This document shows positions 50,282 through 60,299 of a stretch of 64,000 nt of DNA, one piece after another. Origin of the DNA: a virus; IMG/VR virus record IMGVR_UViG_3300031964_000018. One strand, written 5' to 3'. The position numbers and the translations under genes were made by a program. The notes beneath the pieces are model-generated. The model ran no database searches. It saw only the letters and a list, made by a program, of their open reading frames with translations, and was not told the origin of the DNA. The first letter of the stretch is position 1; every line of letters begins with the position of its first letter.

Positions 50282-51160
50282 TTATGTTAAAGCTGTGGCT
50301 ATCGCGCTGCCGATGCCCTGCGCGGTGATTGGGTTATTAACGGTCGTGATGACGGCGCCGGGGAATGTTTCGACGGTGGCATATTCGACCATGTAGATCA
50401 GGTCGCGCCGGTAGACAGTCGCAGACGATTGGTCATCAGAAATGTTGGTGCGGCTGTAGATAACGAGAGCCTGAGATCCATCAGGCATCGTGACTTTGTT
50501 ACTGTTCTTGATGGCGACATCGATCGCCTTTGATAGAGTCGAGCGCACCGCTTGCGTTGGCGCCCATACACTCACCATCACGGGATGACGTTGGCGATGA
50601 GTCACTTTGCCAAGAACGCCGTATCCGCCTTGGCGCACGATGAATGCGTGCGTGGTTGGAATGGTGATGGTGTTAGAAGTTGAAGATGCACTCGGATAGT
50701 TTGCTTGCGCTGCGCTGGCGAGAGTCGCCAAGATTGCTGCGGTGCTCGCTCCATTAGCCGAATAGGCGAATTGATCATCACAGACCAACGTCAGGTATTC
50801 TTGCGCGTTAGGCTGTCCAGTTACGGTAAGAGTGTTGCCGTTGGTGGATAGACTCATTCCGTAGTTCACCGGAGTGACCACGTATGTCTCGTCGAGGATT
50901 TGGTAGACGGCGATGCCAGTGCCCATCATTGGGAAGATGGACACGTTGGCTACGGGACCGCCTGGACGAGTGCCCGGAAGACCAGTTGACAAGGACAACA
51001 TCTTCCCGGCGAGATCGAGATCGAGCTGCGCCGCGTCAGGCCATCCTTCGTAGATCCTGCAGTCCATAGCCGCGACGGATGGAACAGATATCCCATCTGG
51101 ATAGACTGCGGCAGTTGCCGTGGCTTGGAGATACGCAGTGACGTCCGAAATGTCCGCCAC
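50282..51160 (-). CDS. Hypothetical virion-module protein (292 aa)
   Basis: Track ORF. Confidence 0.65.
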   Translation of the reverse strand: MADISDVTAYLQATATAAVYPDGISVPSVAAMDCRIYEGWPDAAQLDLDLAGKMLSLSTGLPGTRPGGPVANVSIFPMMGTGIAVYQILDETYVVTPVNYGMSLSTNGNTLTVTGQPNAQEYLTLVCDDQFAYSANGASTAAILATLASAAQANYPSASSTSNTITIPTTHAFIVRQGGYGVLGKVTHRQRHPVMVSVWAPTQAVRSTLSKAIDVAIKNSNKVTMPDGSQALVIYSRTNISDDQSSATVYRRDLIYMVEYATVETFPGAVITTVNNPITAQGIGSAIATALT

Positions 51161-51161
51161 G

Positions 51162-51551
51162 TTATGCCTCCAACCGGATGCAGCTCAGCTTGTAGCCGGC
51201 CATGCTCCAATAGTTTTGCCCGACCTCATATCGATATCCCTCTTCATCCAAGATGATGTCTCGATCCTTGATCGAGTATTGTGCGATCTCGGTAGGAGGA
51301 ATGAAGATGTACCAGGTCGGCGCGTAGAAGACGTCGGAAGGAAGGGCTTTGCCTTTCTTACGTCCGGTGTCGCCTGACTGAATTGACGCAGCGATCCCCG
51401 TGAATAGGACTATTTCGCCCTGGGCATCGCTGGGGTTGGTTGATTGCTCTGCACCGGAATATCCGAGACCACCGATAGCAGTGTCTGCAGGTCCGGCCAC
51501 TGATCTGAAACGGTGAACCTCCACCGTCCGAGGATAAAGAAGGTTCACCAT
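51162..51551 (-). CDS. Hypothetical virion-module protein (129 aa)
   Basis: Internal ATG (MVNLLYPRTV...) overlaps the upstream stop (TAATG). Confidence 0.55.
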   Translation of the reverse strand: MVNLLYPRTVEVHRFRSVAGPADTAIGGLGYSGAEQSTNPSDAQGEIVLFTGIAASIQSGDTGRKKGKALPSDVFYAPTWYIFIPPTEIAQYSIKDRDIILDEEGYRYEVGQNYWSMAGYKLSCIRLEA

Positions 51552-51829
51552 TACTTGGCCTGCAGAAGGATCTGCACGCTTTCGATCATGGTGTCGCCGG
51601 CCGCCGTGGTGATCTCGTTGGAAAGCGTATAGACCTGACCAAGAAGTCCGGCGGTTAGCCATACCTTGGTGATAGACGCGATGAACGAGTTGGAAACGAT
51701 GGACAGATTTGAGCCGGTTGGGATGGTCCAAGCGGATGACACGATGGTGTCGCCAGCGAGACGCGCGGTCCAATCGAGATCATAGTCCAGCGTCTCCGCC
51801 GGATCTTTAGGCGGCCACAGCAACGACAT
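51551..51829 (-). CDS. Hypothetical virion-module protein (92 aa)
   Basis: Track ORF. Confidence 0.6.
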   Translation of the reverse strand: MSLLWPPKDPAETLDYDLDWTARLAGDTIVSSAWTIPTGSNLSIVSNSFIASITKVWLTAGLLGQVYTLSNEITTAAGDTMIESVQILLQAK

Positions 51830-51837
51830 AGATCATC

Positions 51838-53028
51838 CTAATTGTTTGGGGGAGCTACTGCAGTCCTGTTCTCTGCCGCGACTGATGCGCTCCTGAAATC
51901 GAGGAGAGCTGCGGCGATACGGGACGATCGTGCGAACACCTGGAGGGCTGCGCTCGACATGAACCCGAAGCTCGTCGACCCCGTCAGTGCGACGACGAAG
52001 ACGACTCTGCCGATCAGTCCCTGCCCCGACGTGACGACTCGAGACACGCCGCTGAGCGCGACGTTGGCTGTTACCGAAGAGACAGATCGAACTGCGATCG
52101 TGGAGGATCCGAACAGACCAGCTATCCGAGACATGCTCGAAGAGCTTATGGTTCTGATCTTCGTTGCACCTGATAGGTGTACCGAAGAAATAATACCGGC
52201 GCCCGAGGCCAGGGCCACCTTCATGGCTCCGGAGAGCTTCTGAGTGAAGGATGGATTGGATTTGGCCTGCACTGACAACGTCAGCGTCCCCTGGAGCGGA
52301 ACGGTAGCCTTGGGTAATGCTCGAGCCATAACCGCAACGAATGCGCGACCGATTAGCGCAACAGCACCTGGTGGAACGATCCGAGCCATGATGGCTGCCC
52401 GGCTCGCGCCAGATAGTCCGACGTGAGCAGACATAGCCGACAGCGTCTTGATGACCGAGGTCGTAGACCCGCTGAGACCAGTCTTGAGCGACGCGGATGA
52501 TTTTCCTGTGCTGGCAACCTTTGAGTATCCAGCGAGAGAAGTTTTTGATACAGGCGAAGCGGATGCACGAATCTTGATGCCCATCGCGCCGAGAAGGGCA
52601 ATGACAGACGGTCCGCCATAGTTTGCGGTAGAATGTATCGCAGAAGAGATGCGACCAGCCAGCGACACGACACCATGAGATAGGGCTATGCCCTTGACCG
52701 CTACAGCCGTGCGCGCCGCCATCAACACCTTAGCGGTTAGGACGGCACTGCCTTTGACTTTCGCCTTGGTAGCACCGGACAGGCTGGTCAGTCCCGCGAT
52801 CTGCGCTTTGCCGATCAGCATCAGTAAGGATCGGCCGGCGAGCGCTACCGTTCCACCACTGACGACCGTCTCTGTCTCAGTAAGAACTGACCATCCGGAG
52901 GCATAGGTGCGCGAGCCTGTCTCCGTCACGATCCGCGGCGTCGCGCCGCGAATGACGTAGCTGCGCGTGGTCGCCGACGCTACAGTGGCGGCGGGGAGTT
53001 CTGCGGGTAAACCATAATACTGATGCAC
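51838..53028 (-). CDS. Repetitive structural protein (396 aa) built of approximately 20-residue L-(S/T/A)-G-x repeats
   Basis: Track ORF. Repeats such as LSGATKAKVKG..., LSGSTTSVIKT..., LSGASRAAIMA..., LSGAMKVALAS..., LSGATKIRTIS... and LSGVSRVVTSG... recur through the protein. Confidence 0.6.
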   Translation of the reverse strand: MHQYYGLPAELPAATVASATTRSYVIRGATPRIVTETGSRTYASGWSVLTETETVVSGGTVALAGRSLLMLIGKAQIAGLTSLSGATKAKVKGSAVLTAKVLMAARTAVAVKGIALSHGVVSLAGRISSAIHSTANYGGPSVIALLGAMGIKIRASASPVSKTSLAGYSKVASTGKSSASLKTGLSGSTTSVIKTLSAMSAHVGLSGASRAAIMARIVPPGAVALIGRAFVAVMARALPKATVPLQGTLTLSVQAKSNPSFTQKLSGAMKVALASGAGIISSVHLSGATKIRTISSSSMSRIAGLFGSSTIAVRSVSSVTANVALSGVSRVVTSGQGLIGRVVFVVALTGSTSFGFMSSAALQVFARSSRIAAALLDFRSASVAAENRTAVAPPNN

Positions 53029-53029
53029 A

Positions 53030-53359
53030 TTAAATTCTCAGCATCTTCCAAGCGAAGGTTCGGCCGGTACCTGCCACCTGCTTCAATGTGCATTTGATGC
53101 TCTGGTCGCTGGCGACCGGAGGCGCGATCTTGTGGTTGTTGATCTGGGCGTGCTGGTAAGTACCCTTCCACGCCTGGGTTAAGGTGCCGCCGCTCAATGC
53201 GATGGTGTAGACACGGACTTCGAGCAGGTCGCCAAGCGCGAGATTGCTGGTATCAACCTCAAGCACGAAGGTGCCGTTGTTAGTGTCAGTGGCCAGCGCC
53301 GTCTCGGTGCCGACCGTCAAGGCCGACGTCGTACCTGAATCACTGAGTGTCCATGTCAT
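53030..53359 (-). CDS. Hypothetical virion-module protein (109 aa)
   Basis: Track ORF. Confidence 0.6.
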   Translation of the reverse strand: MTWTLSDSGTTSALTVGTETALATDTNNGTFVLEVDTSNLALGDLLEVRVYTIALSGGTLTQAWKGTYQHAQINNHKIAPPVASDQSIKCTLKQVAGTGRTFAWKMLRI

Positions 53360-54189
53360 AGGTAGACTCCATACAGTGTCAGATCGATTGGTCGCTGGTT
53401 GCCCGATCCGCTAGTTGCGTTTGTCTGGCAGCGCGCCGCGATGCGCGTTCCGGCAGGGATCTGGATGGGATGAAACGGAAACTGGAACATCCAGTTGTTG
53501 CTATCGCTGTTATAGTTGAACAATTTAGGGATAATGATTTGCTCGCTGCCGGACGCACCGATGGCCACATCGACCAAGTAGGACTGAACCTTGCTGTTGC
53601 CCTGCTGGGAATCAAAAGCCCCGAAGATACCAACGTAATCCCGCGTGGTGGCAGCGATCAGTTGCGAGTATGCGCCCATCGTGTCGACGGTCGTGCTCGG
53701 GGTGAGTGAAGTTCCTTCAGTGCTGGTAGCAGTGAAGCCGATTGCATCGACGCCAGAATATCCGTCTGGCATGGTGAACCCAGCATCGAACAGGTTAAGG
53801 GAGACAGTGGCGGTCTGTGAACCGCTGCTGTCCTGCATGCGAGCGGCGATGCGCGTGCCTGCCGGAATTGAAATTGGAAACGCCCAGACTACCAAGTTGT
53901 AACCAGCAAAGATCGTTTGCGTTACAAGATTGGGAACTAAAACTACTTCCGACCCCGACGCACCGACGGCGATGTCGATCGCAAAGTTTGGGCTGTTAGA
54001 GTTCTGGACGTAAATCCTGACCTCCATGAAAGCGGCGTCAGATGCTGTCGCCGCAATCAATTGCGTGTAGGCGCCCTTGGTGTTGGCGGTGGCGCTGGAG
54101 GTAACCACGGTACCGAACGACGTGGTCAGAACAGAGCCGACGTTCTGGCCGTTGCAAATGTCGTTATGGAGAGAAAAACCGCCCGGCAT
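53356..54189 (-). CDS. Hypothetical structural protein (277 aa) with an internal domain duplication
   Basis: Internal ATG (MPGGFSLHND...). Two halves share GAY(T/S)QLIAAT...DIAVGASGSE...IPAGTRIAAR. Confidence 0.6.
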   Translation of the reverse strand: MPGGFSLHNDICNGQNVGSVLTTSFGTVVTSSATANTKGAYTQLIAATASDAAFMEVRIYVQNSNSPNFAIDIAVGASGSEVVLVPNLVTQTIFAGYNLVVWAFPISIPAGTRIAARMQDSSGSQTATVSLNLFDAGFTMPDGYSGVDAIGFTATSTEGTSLTPSTTVDTMGAYSQLIAATTRDYVGIFGAFDSQQGNSKVQSYLVDVAIGASGSEQIIIPKLFNYNSDSNNWMFQFPFHPIQIPAGTRIAARCQTNATSGSGNQRPIDLTLYGVYL

Positions 54190-54191
54190 TT

Positions 54192-54629
54192 TTATGGTCC
54201 ATCGATGCTGGCGGGAACGGCCATGATTGCGGTGAGTCGAGCTGACTGGATCAAATTGATCGAGGCGATATAGTTGGCGCCATCGATCATCTGTGCATTC
54301 GTCAAGTCGACCTGTTGAGTGTGGTTCAGCGCGTACATGAACTGCTGCACCGTCGGGTCGGTCGACGCATTGATGGCCTGAAACTCCGCCGCAGTGAACC
54401 GCATGATCCACATGCTCGTCAGGATCGGCTGCGGAGCAATAGGTGCCGTCACTGTTGCCGTGGTCTTGGTCGCGGCATTCCACCCAACGGTGGGTCCGAG
54501 TGCCGGCAACCCAGAAACCGACACGAGCCCGTTGGCGGCCAGAACATCGCTGGACGCCACCGGGTCGGTATCGTCAGGGCACCACGAAGAAAGAGCGCCC
54601 GTGGTGCTGTTGTAGACGTAGATCGCCAT
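54192..54629 (-). CDS. Hypothetical virion-module protein (145 aa)
   Basis: Track ORF. Confidence 0.6.
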   Translation of the reverse strand: MAIYVYNSTTGALSSWCPDDTDPVASSDVLAANGLVSVSGLPALGPTVGWNAATKTTATVTAPIAPQPILTSMWIMRFTAAEFQAINASTDPTVQQFMYALNHTQQVDLTNAQMIDGANYIASINLIQSARLTAIMAVPASIDGP

Positions 54630-54636
54630 CGCGGGC

Positions 54637-56406
54637 CTAACTTAGTGTGGGTGAAGGATCAAAGAGCGTCGTCACGGAGGTTGACCCGGTCTGCACGAAG
54701 GGTTGCACTTCGACTGGACCGGCAAGCGCCTGTTGCGGCGATGTCAGTGACGCCGTAATCTTGAAGCGCCACATCGCCTGGAATACTGCCGTTCCATCCG
54801 TTACCGAGCCGCCGTCGACGGCACTGGCATAACCACCAGGAACCGAAGATGCAGTGGTGCCGGCAGTCGTACAGATGAAAAGTCGGCCGGAGTTGGTCGA
54901 CACTGCCATGACCTGGCCGAGGGTGACGGCCGTCGAGTTGGCGCGCTGCGGCGCTTTGCTATCCCATGCGCTGGTGTCGGCCGTGAGCGCCGTACCCGTC
55001 GTCGCGGAGATCGCAGTGCGCGTGGACATGACACTGCCAAGGGGTGCCGCAGACGATCCTGGATAGGTGACGTTCATCCACACGGAAGCGTTCGTCGGCA
55101 TCGCCGAGGCGCCAGAGACGCCATACAACGTCACGTTCAGCGCCGAGGTGGTCTTGTTGTTCCACGACGCAAGAGGAAAGCACTCGAACGGAAAATAGAA
55201 TGACGTGACCTGGCTGTTGTTCGGGTTGGCGAACGTATTGACGGTGTGTCCAAAGGCACCAGTGTCATCAGCGGCACCGCCGGTGCGAACTAGTGTGCGG
55301 GAGGACAGCAGGTTGCCCGCGGCGCGGGTGACGCCGTGCACGTTGTCATCGTTGGCCGACGAGCACCGAATGAGATAGGACGAGACCAGCGGGCCCTGCT
55401 TGCCGTCATCACCCGCCACACTGAAGGGAATGGCGTTCGAGGCCAGCTTGCAATTCTCTAGGTACTGCGATCCGGCTCCGCCCGACTGGTTGATGATGTA
55501 GTTCGAGCCCCAGCCCGAGAGGTCCGAGTCGATCAGGTGAAACTCACCCGCTGCCGGGTTGTTCCAGAACCGGCTCGGGAACGACGTGCCCGACGCCATC
55601 TGCGCATTGATGACTCTGCCGATGCCTCCGCCAAAGCTGTTGTGGCAGGTGGTGTCGCCGAAGCTGAACGTGCAGTTATTCCAGGTGTGGGAATACGAGA
55701 ATGGACCGCCCATCTTGTTGGCATCGGAACCGGCCAGCATCCCGAAATAACAGTTGTCGTACAGCTCCATGCCGTTGGAGCTGGACTGCATCTGGTGGGC
55801 CGAGATGAACGAGATCCCCCACCAGTACATCTGGACGTTGTTGCTGGGGTCGTTGAACGCGATGGCATTGTTGCCGGACGCAGTCATTGTGACCGAGGCG
55901 CCGAGGTTGGTGTTCTGCGTGCCCGGCTGGGGAAACCAGTCTTTCGCGAGCGGCGGCACATCGCCAGTGCCTGTGTTGTCGACGCAGATGACCTGGTTCA
56001 GCAACCAATTGCTGCCGGACATCTGGAACTTGATCTGGTTGGCTGACGACTCCGCGTGGTTCTTGGCGACGTAAATCGTGTCGCCCTCGGCAGCCCATCC
56101 GGACTGCATCGCGTTGTTGATCAGCTTGTGAGGAGCTGCCCACGCGCCGGGGGACTGAAAGGTCTGTTGACCGGTCACCTCGGTGAAAGTGGCGCCGCCA
56201 GACGTGGTCGTGCTGCCCGCGGTTAGATTCCACGTCGGTTCAGTACCTGCAGACGTACCCGCCGTCGTGCAACGAAAGACTCGCTCGTTGCCGACAGTGG
56301 GGGTGGCCAACTGGCGAATAAGATTGCCGACCGTGTAGGCGTGCGAAACTGTGAACGCCGCAACGTTGCCGTAGTCGACGGACCCTACGTACCAGTTGTT
56401 GGCCAT
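54637..56406 (-). CDS. Large structural protein (589 aa), possibly a beta-helix fibre or spike
   Basis: Track ORF rich in Thr/Ser/Gly/Asn. No catalytic motif was recognised. Confidence 0.55.
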   Translation of the reverse strand: MANNWYVGSVDYGNVAAFTVSHAYTVGNLIRQLATPTVGNERVFRCTTAGTSAGTEPTWNLTAGSTTTSGGATFTEVTGQQTFQSPGAWAAPHKLINNAMQSGWAAEGDTIYVAKNHAESSANQIKFQMSGSNWLLNQVICVDNTGTGDVPPLAKDWFPQPGTQNTNLGASVTMTASGNNAIAFNDPSNNVQMYWWGISFISAHQMQSSSNGMELYDNCYFGMLAGSDANKMGGPFSYSHTWNNCTFSFGDTTCHNSFGGGIGRVINAQMASGTSFPSRFWNNPAAGEFHLIDSDLSGWGSNYIINQSGGAGSQYLENCKLASNAIPFSVAGDDGKQGPLVSSYLIRCSSANDDNVHGVTRAAGNLLSSRTLVRTGGAADDTGAFGHTVNTFANPNNSQVTSFYFPFECFPLASWNNKTTSALNVTLYGVSGASAMPTNASVWMNVTYPGSSAAPLGSVMSTRTAISATTGTALTADTSAWDSKAPQRANSTAVTLGQVMAVSTNSGRLFICTTAGTTASSVPGGYASAVDGGSVTDGTAVFQAMWRFKITASLTSPQQALAGPVEVQPFVQTGSTSVTTLFDPSPTLS

Positions 56407-56412
56407 CCGCTA

Positions 56413-57300
56413 TTACGCTGCGCTGATGACGATAGTGCCGGACGCGAACGACGGCGTTACGCCAGCCGGGATCGACTGCTGCACGATCTTTCGCAGCATG
56501 CCAGAGCCGGAGCTGGTTGTGACGCAAGCGGTCGCCGGGCCCGTAGTGGTGTCGACGTTGATGGCGTCGGTCGCGGGCGTGGCAACGAAGTTCACGGTGT
56601 AGCCCGTCCAGGTGCCCGTGGAGAGCGTCGGAAGAGTCCCGCCGTACTCCGCTGTGAACACGATCGGATCGTTGCTGGCAAACCCGTTGGCCTTGACGGA
56701 CACTAGGTTGCTCGCGGTCGGAACCTCGAACGGCAACCAGGGGAAGTTGCCCAGGAAATCCCAAGCCAGAAGATCGCCCGCGGTCAGAGCGTCGTAGAGA
56801 CCCCAAGCGATGACCGTACCGAAGCCGGCGCCCGTGGCAGCCGCGTACGCTACAGCAGCGCCATTGGTCGTGGACGACGGTGCAGTGCCGCTGGCATTCG
56901 GGAACGCCGAGAACGTCAAGCTGTCGGTCGAGCCGGAAGACGCATGCAGAGCGTTGGCCGTGAGGACCAGCGCGGTTCCGACGTACGTCGAGACAGTGCC
57001 GATCGCCTGCGAGTTGGTCGTATCGTAGACGGTCATGCCAGGCACAACCCAGCCAGGGTTGGTCGTCATGGTGACGTTCGCCGAGCCGGTCGTGAACGAC
57101 GCAGTAGCCGCAACGGAGCCGGCAACCTGCGTACGAGCATACGCGGTACCGGACGTCGAGACTTCGGTGAAGCCGGTGCCGGCGTCAGTACCGACCGCCG
57201 TGAACAGCGCCATGAACACAGACGGCGTGACCGGCTGCGCAATCTGTCCCGTGATGTTGTTCAGCAGATTGTCTGCCGAATAGTTCGTGAGGCCGGTCAT
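56413..57300 (-). CDS. Hypothetical structural protein (295 aa)
   Basis: Track ORF. Confidence 0.6.
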   Translation of the reverse strand: MTGLTNYSADNLLNNITGQIAQPVTPSVFMALFTAVGTDAGTGFTEVSTSGTAYARTQVAGSVAATASFTTGSANVTMTTNPGWVVPGMTVYDTTNSQAIGTVSTYVGTALVLTANALHASSGSTDSLTFSAFPNASGTAPSSTTNGAAVAYAAATGAGFGTVIAWGLYDALTAGDLLAWDFLGNFPWLPFEVPTASNLVSVKANGFASNDPIVFTAEYGGTLPTLSTGTWTGYTVNFVATPATDAINVDTTTGPATACVTTSSGSGMLRKIVQQSIPAGVTPSFASGTIVISAA

Positions 57301-57309
57301 TTCGATTCC

Positions 57310-57534
57310 TTACGACAGCGCGGAGATGGCGGTGTTGACCGTGGTGATGTTCGAAGACTCGGTGCCCGACGGCGTCAGCACATCGTTGACAAGATAGGTG
57401 AGCTTGGTGATGCACTCAGCAATCGCGAGTTCGACCTCGAGCATGATGCCAGGGAGATCGCACGCAGCGATTTCAGCCTGGTTCTTGCCGCCAGTCGTGA
57501 AGGTGATAGCAGTGAGGTTTGCCTTGACGCCCAT
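57310..57534 (-). CDS. Hypothetical protein (74 aa)
   Basis: Track ORF. Confidence 0.55.
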   Translation of the reverse strand: MGVKANLTAITFTTGGKNQAEIAACDLPGIMLEVELAIAECITKLTYLVNDVLTPSGTESSNITTVNTAISALS

Positions 57535-57564
57535 GAGAGAAATTCCTTGATGTTGGGGATTGGA

Positions 57565-58470
57565 TTAGAATGTGGTCCGCGCGCGGAACGGGTCCAGCAA
57601 CTTCTTGACGTCGTTGTCGAGAGTCGTTGCCGCGAACCGCATCATCGTGGTGTCGCCGGCTGTGATCCTCTGAAGACCGCCGCTTAGATTTGATGTCTGG
57701 ATTAGACCTGATGCTATCTGTGCGGCTGCGCGTGCCACCGGATCAGGTACGGTCGGATATCCTGCGACGTACTTGATGCGAACGTCGGAGTAATAGGAGA
57801 GCAGTTCACCAGCCGGCACCCAGATCTCACCGGTCGCATCCGACCAGGATGACGGCGGGATCGCGATCGGTATCCACGGCGGCGGACCGCCGAAGGACTG
57901 GATCGACGCCAACAGGTTCATGTCCTGATAGAGACCGCCGACCTGATCAGACCGGCGCCCGTAGGAGTACCGGCCAAGCATCGAGACGACGCTTACGAGC
58001 GGAAACTTGGCCACGCGAACGATTGAACGCTTACTTGGCGTGGTGCGATCTTCGCTGATGACACGACCGACGTCGGCCAGGGCGCCACTGGCGTGGCTGA
58101 ACTGAACATTGCCGAGCGTGATCTGATTGGTTCCGTTGACAGCTACGATGACGCAAGCTTCTACGGCGGCCGGGTTAGCGAAGTCGAGGACAAGGACTTC
58201 ACCGATGCTGTCGGCTCTGATATTTGCCGGAGTCACTGTCACGACGACATTGGTGCCAGGTGTGATGGCTGATCCAAGCTTGTATGTGAAGCTCGGCGTC
58301 ATGGATGCCATGGCGCAAGGATTGCCGTTGCCGTCCTTGGTATAGATCAGACCTTCCGGTCGCTTGATCTCGGCATCGATTAGGGTCGATGCGAGTTGAG
58401 CGACTCCGGCCGGCAGAGTGGCAGGAAGGCCGAAGCCGTCGTTGACACCCTGTAGATAATTCGATCCCAT
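57565..58470 (-). CDS. Hypothetical head/neck-module protein (301 aa)
   Basis: Track ORF. Confidence 0.6.
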   Translation of the reverse strand: MGSNYLQGVNDGFGLPATLPAGVAQLASTLIDAEIKRPEGLIYTKDGNGNPCAMASMTPSFTYKLGSAITPGTNVVVTVTPANIRADSIGEVLVLDFANPAAVEACVIVAVNGTNQITLGNVQFSHASGALADVGRVISEDRTTPSKRSIVRVAKFPLVSVVSMLGRYSYGRRSDQVGGLYQDMNLLASIQSFGGPPPWIPIAIPPSSWSDATGEIWVPAGELLSYYSDVRIKYVAGYPTVPDPVARAAAQIASGLIQTSNLSGGLQRITAGDTTMMRFAATTLDNDVKKLLDPFRARTTF

Positions 58471-58471
58471 A

Positions 58472-58876
58472 TCACGCCGCGTTCAGAAGAAGCGCAAATC
58501 CAGAGATGGTTGCAGTGGACCCGCCGGTGTTGGTGATGGTGACCTTGAACGACTGGAACGGGAGTCCATCGTTTGAGTTCACAACGTTCGCGGTGGCGGC
58601 GACGAGCGTGGAAGAGATGGGCGCGCCCTGGGGAAGCGTACCAACCTTATCGACGTAACGCTGGATCGAAACTGCACCGGCCTGCGATGACAGAACAGCA
58701 CAAGAGAGTGCCTTGAAGCCGTCACTCGCGATAACGTTCGACACGTAGCTACCGGCAGCAGCGATCGTCGTGGGCGGCGGAGTAGTTGCCGAGACACTCA
58801 GATCGCACTGCGCTACCGGGCCTGTGGCGACCGGCTCCCAGTATTGATCATTTATTTCGGATGAGACCTGAGGCAT
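58472..58876 (-). CDS. Hypothetical head-module protein (134 aa)
   Basis: Track ORF. Confidence 0.6.
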   Translation of the reverse strand: MPQVSSEINDQYWEPVATGPVAQCDLSVSATTPPPTTIAAAGSYVSNVIASDGFKALSCAVLSSQAGAVSIQRYVDKVGTLPQGAPISSTLVAATANVVNSNDGLPFQSFKVTITNTGGSTATISGFALLLNAA

Positions 58877-58885
58877 GTGGATTCC

Positions 58886-59140
58886 TTATGCGGTCAGAAG
58901 CTCGGGCAAGATCAGCCGGGACTTCTTCGCCAACTGATGTTTCACGAGATACTTCCCGATGGAGTCGGGGACATCCGCTTTGCCGAAGACGAACTCGACG
59001 TTGAATTCCAGGGGCGCGTTCTTATCGTCCACCCAATCGGATGGCATCTCACCCTGGCCCTCGAGGTGCTTGGCCGGACAGATGCTCATGATGAATGATT
59101 TTTGCTTCACGGCTTTGGCGCCGGTGGCGTAGACGTGCAT
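58886..59140 (-). CDS. Hypothetical head-module protein (84 aa)
   Basis: Track ORF. Confidence 0.55.
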   Translation of the reverse strand: MHVYATGAKAVKQKSFIMSICPAKHLEGQGEMPSDWVDDKNAPLEFNVEFVFGKADVPDSIGKYLVKHQLAKKSRLILPELLTA

Positions 59141-59165
59141 GGAAACTCCTGTTTAAAGACGGGTA

Positions 59166-59198
59166 ATAAAAAACCCCCGGTGATTTCTCACCGAGGGT
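59166..59198 (-). terminator. Intrinsic terminator after the major capsid gene
   Basis: The minus strand reads CCCTCGGTGA-GAAA-TCACCGGGGG followed by TTTTTTATTA. Confidence 0.8.
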
Positions 59199-59263
59199 GT
59201 GTTTAGACTCTGGAAGAGGCTTGTGAGGCTAATGTCCCCGAAGCGACAACTCTTCCCGAGTTA

Positions 59264-60274
59264 TTACGGACGCAGAACCTGGACCAGGCGGTGCGCGTAA
59301 GTCGCGCCCTTCACGATCAGGTTGTCGAACACGATGCCGACGTACTGGCCCTGCAACCCGGACAGCAGACCGAGCTGGAACAGACGCGGGCTCATATTGC
59401 CGTCTCCGCCAGAGATGACGGCCATCTCGATGTCGGCCTCTGTCACGATGACAGCGTAGTAGCCCTTCAGCGCGGTCGGGACCGCCGAGAAGCCATACGC
59501 CGAGACGCCCGCCGCAGAGATCGCCGCGGACAGGAACGGATCCACAACCAAGGGGATCGGGCCGGCCTGCGTCTGGATCGCGCGAACCATCACGCCGGCA
59601 GTCACTTCGACCTTGTCGAAGGTGATCTGCGACGCCTTGGCTTCACGATCGAGATAGTCACCGAGGATCGGATCGATGTAGATCGCGGTCGGTCGGATTA
59701 CGTAGGTGGTATTCGCAACCATCTGGGCGACCTGGCTCTTGATGCCGTCGATGATGGAGGCGCCGTTCACGACCTGACCCGTGGTGGTGATCTGGGTCAG
59801 AGCCGAGACGTACTGGGTCGTGGTGGGGATCGTCAGCGACGTATCGGTGCCGGTCCAAACGCCGGAAGCCGACGCCACGATGACGGAGTTCAGGATGTCC
59901 TGAATGTCCTTGGCTTCGACTGCAGCGAACTGGCCCTGCTGACGGGTAACTTCGACGTCGAACAGCGACAGGTTCGTCTGGTTGACGATCGCCTTAACGT
60001 AGGCCGAACGCTCAACACGCGCCGGACCAGTTGCGGTCGGGGTGATGTTGCGCGGATCGGTGAACGCTGCGGTCGCAATCGCGGTCTGCTCGAAGTAACG
60101 ATGGGGATGACCCGTCGCAAGCTTGCGGCTGACGCGCTGAAGGAAGATCGAGTTCCGACGAATGATGTCGTAGATCTCGGATTCGTACTTGTTGATTTCG
60201 ATGGCGCCGTTGCCGAGGAAATCGGCGGCGGCAGTGATCTGGTCAACGAACTTGGCGGGCTGAATGAAAGACAT
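59264..60274 (-). CDS. Major capsid protein (336 aa)
   Basis: It follows the protease/scaffold gene and is followed by a strong terminator. The size is typical of HK97-fold capsid proteins. Confidence 0.7.
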   Translation of the reverse strand: MSFIQPAKFVDQITAAADFLGNGAIEINKYESEIYDIIRRNSIFLQRVSRKLATGHPHRYFEQTAIATAAFTDPRNITPTATGPARVERSAYVKAIVNQTNLSLFDVEVTRQQGQFAAVEAKDIQDILNSVIVASASGVWTGTDTSLTIPTTTQYVSALTQITTTGQVVNGASIIDGIKSQVAQMVANTTYVIRPTAIYIDPILGDYLDREAKASQITFDKVEVTAGVMVRAIQTQAGPIPLVVDPFLSAAISAAGVSAYGFSAVPTALKGYYAVIVTEADIEMAVISGGDGNMSPRLFQLGLLSGLQGQYVGIVFDNLIVKGATYAHRLVQVLRP

Positions 60275-60299
60275 TGTTCTTATTCCTTTTTCGCGCTTC

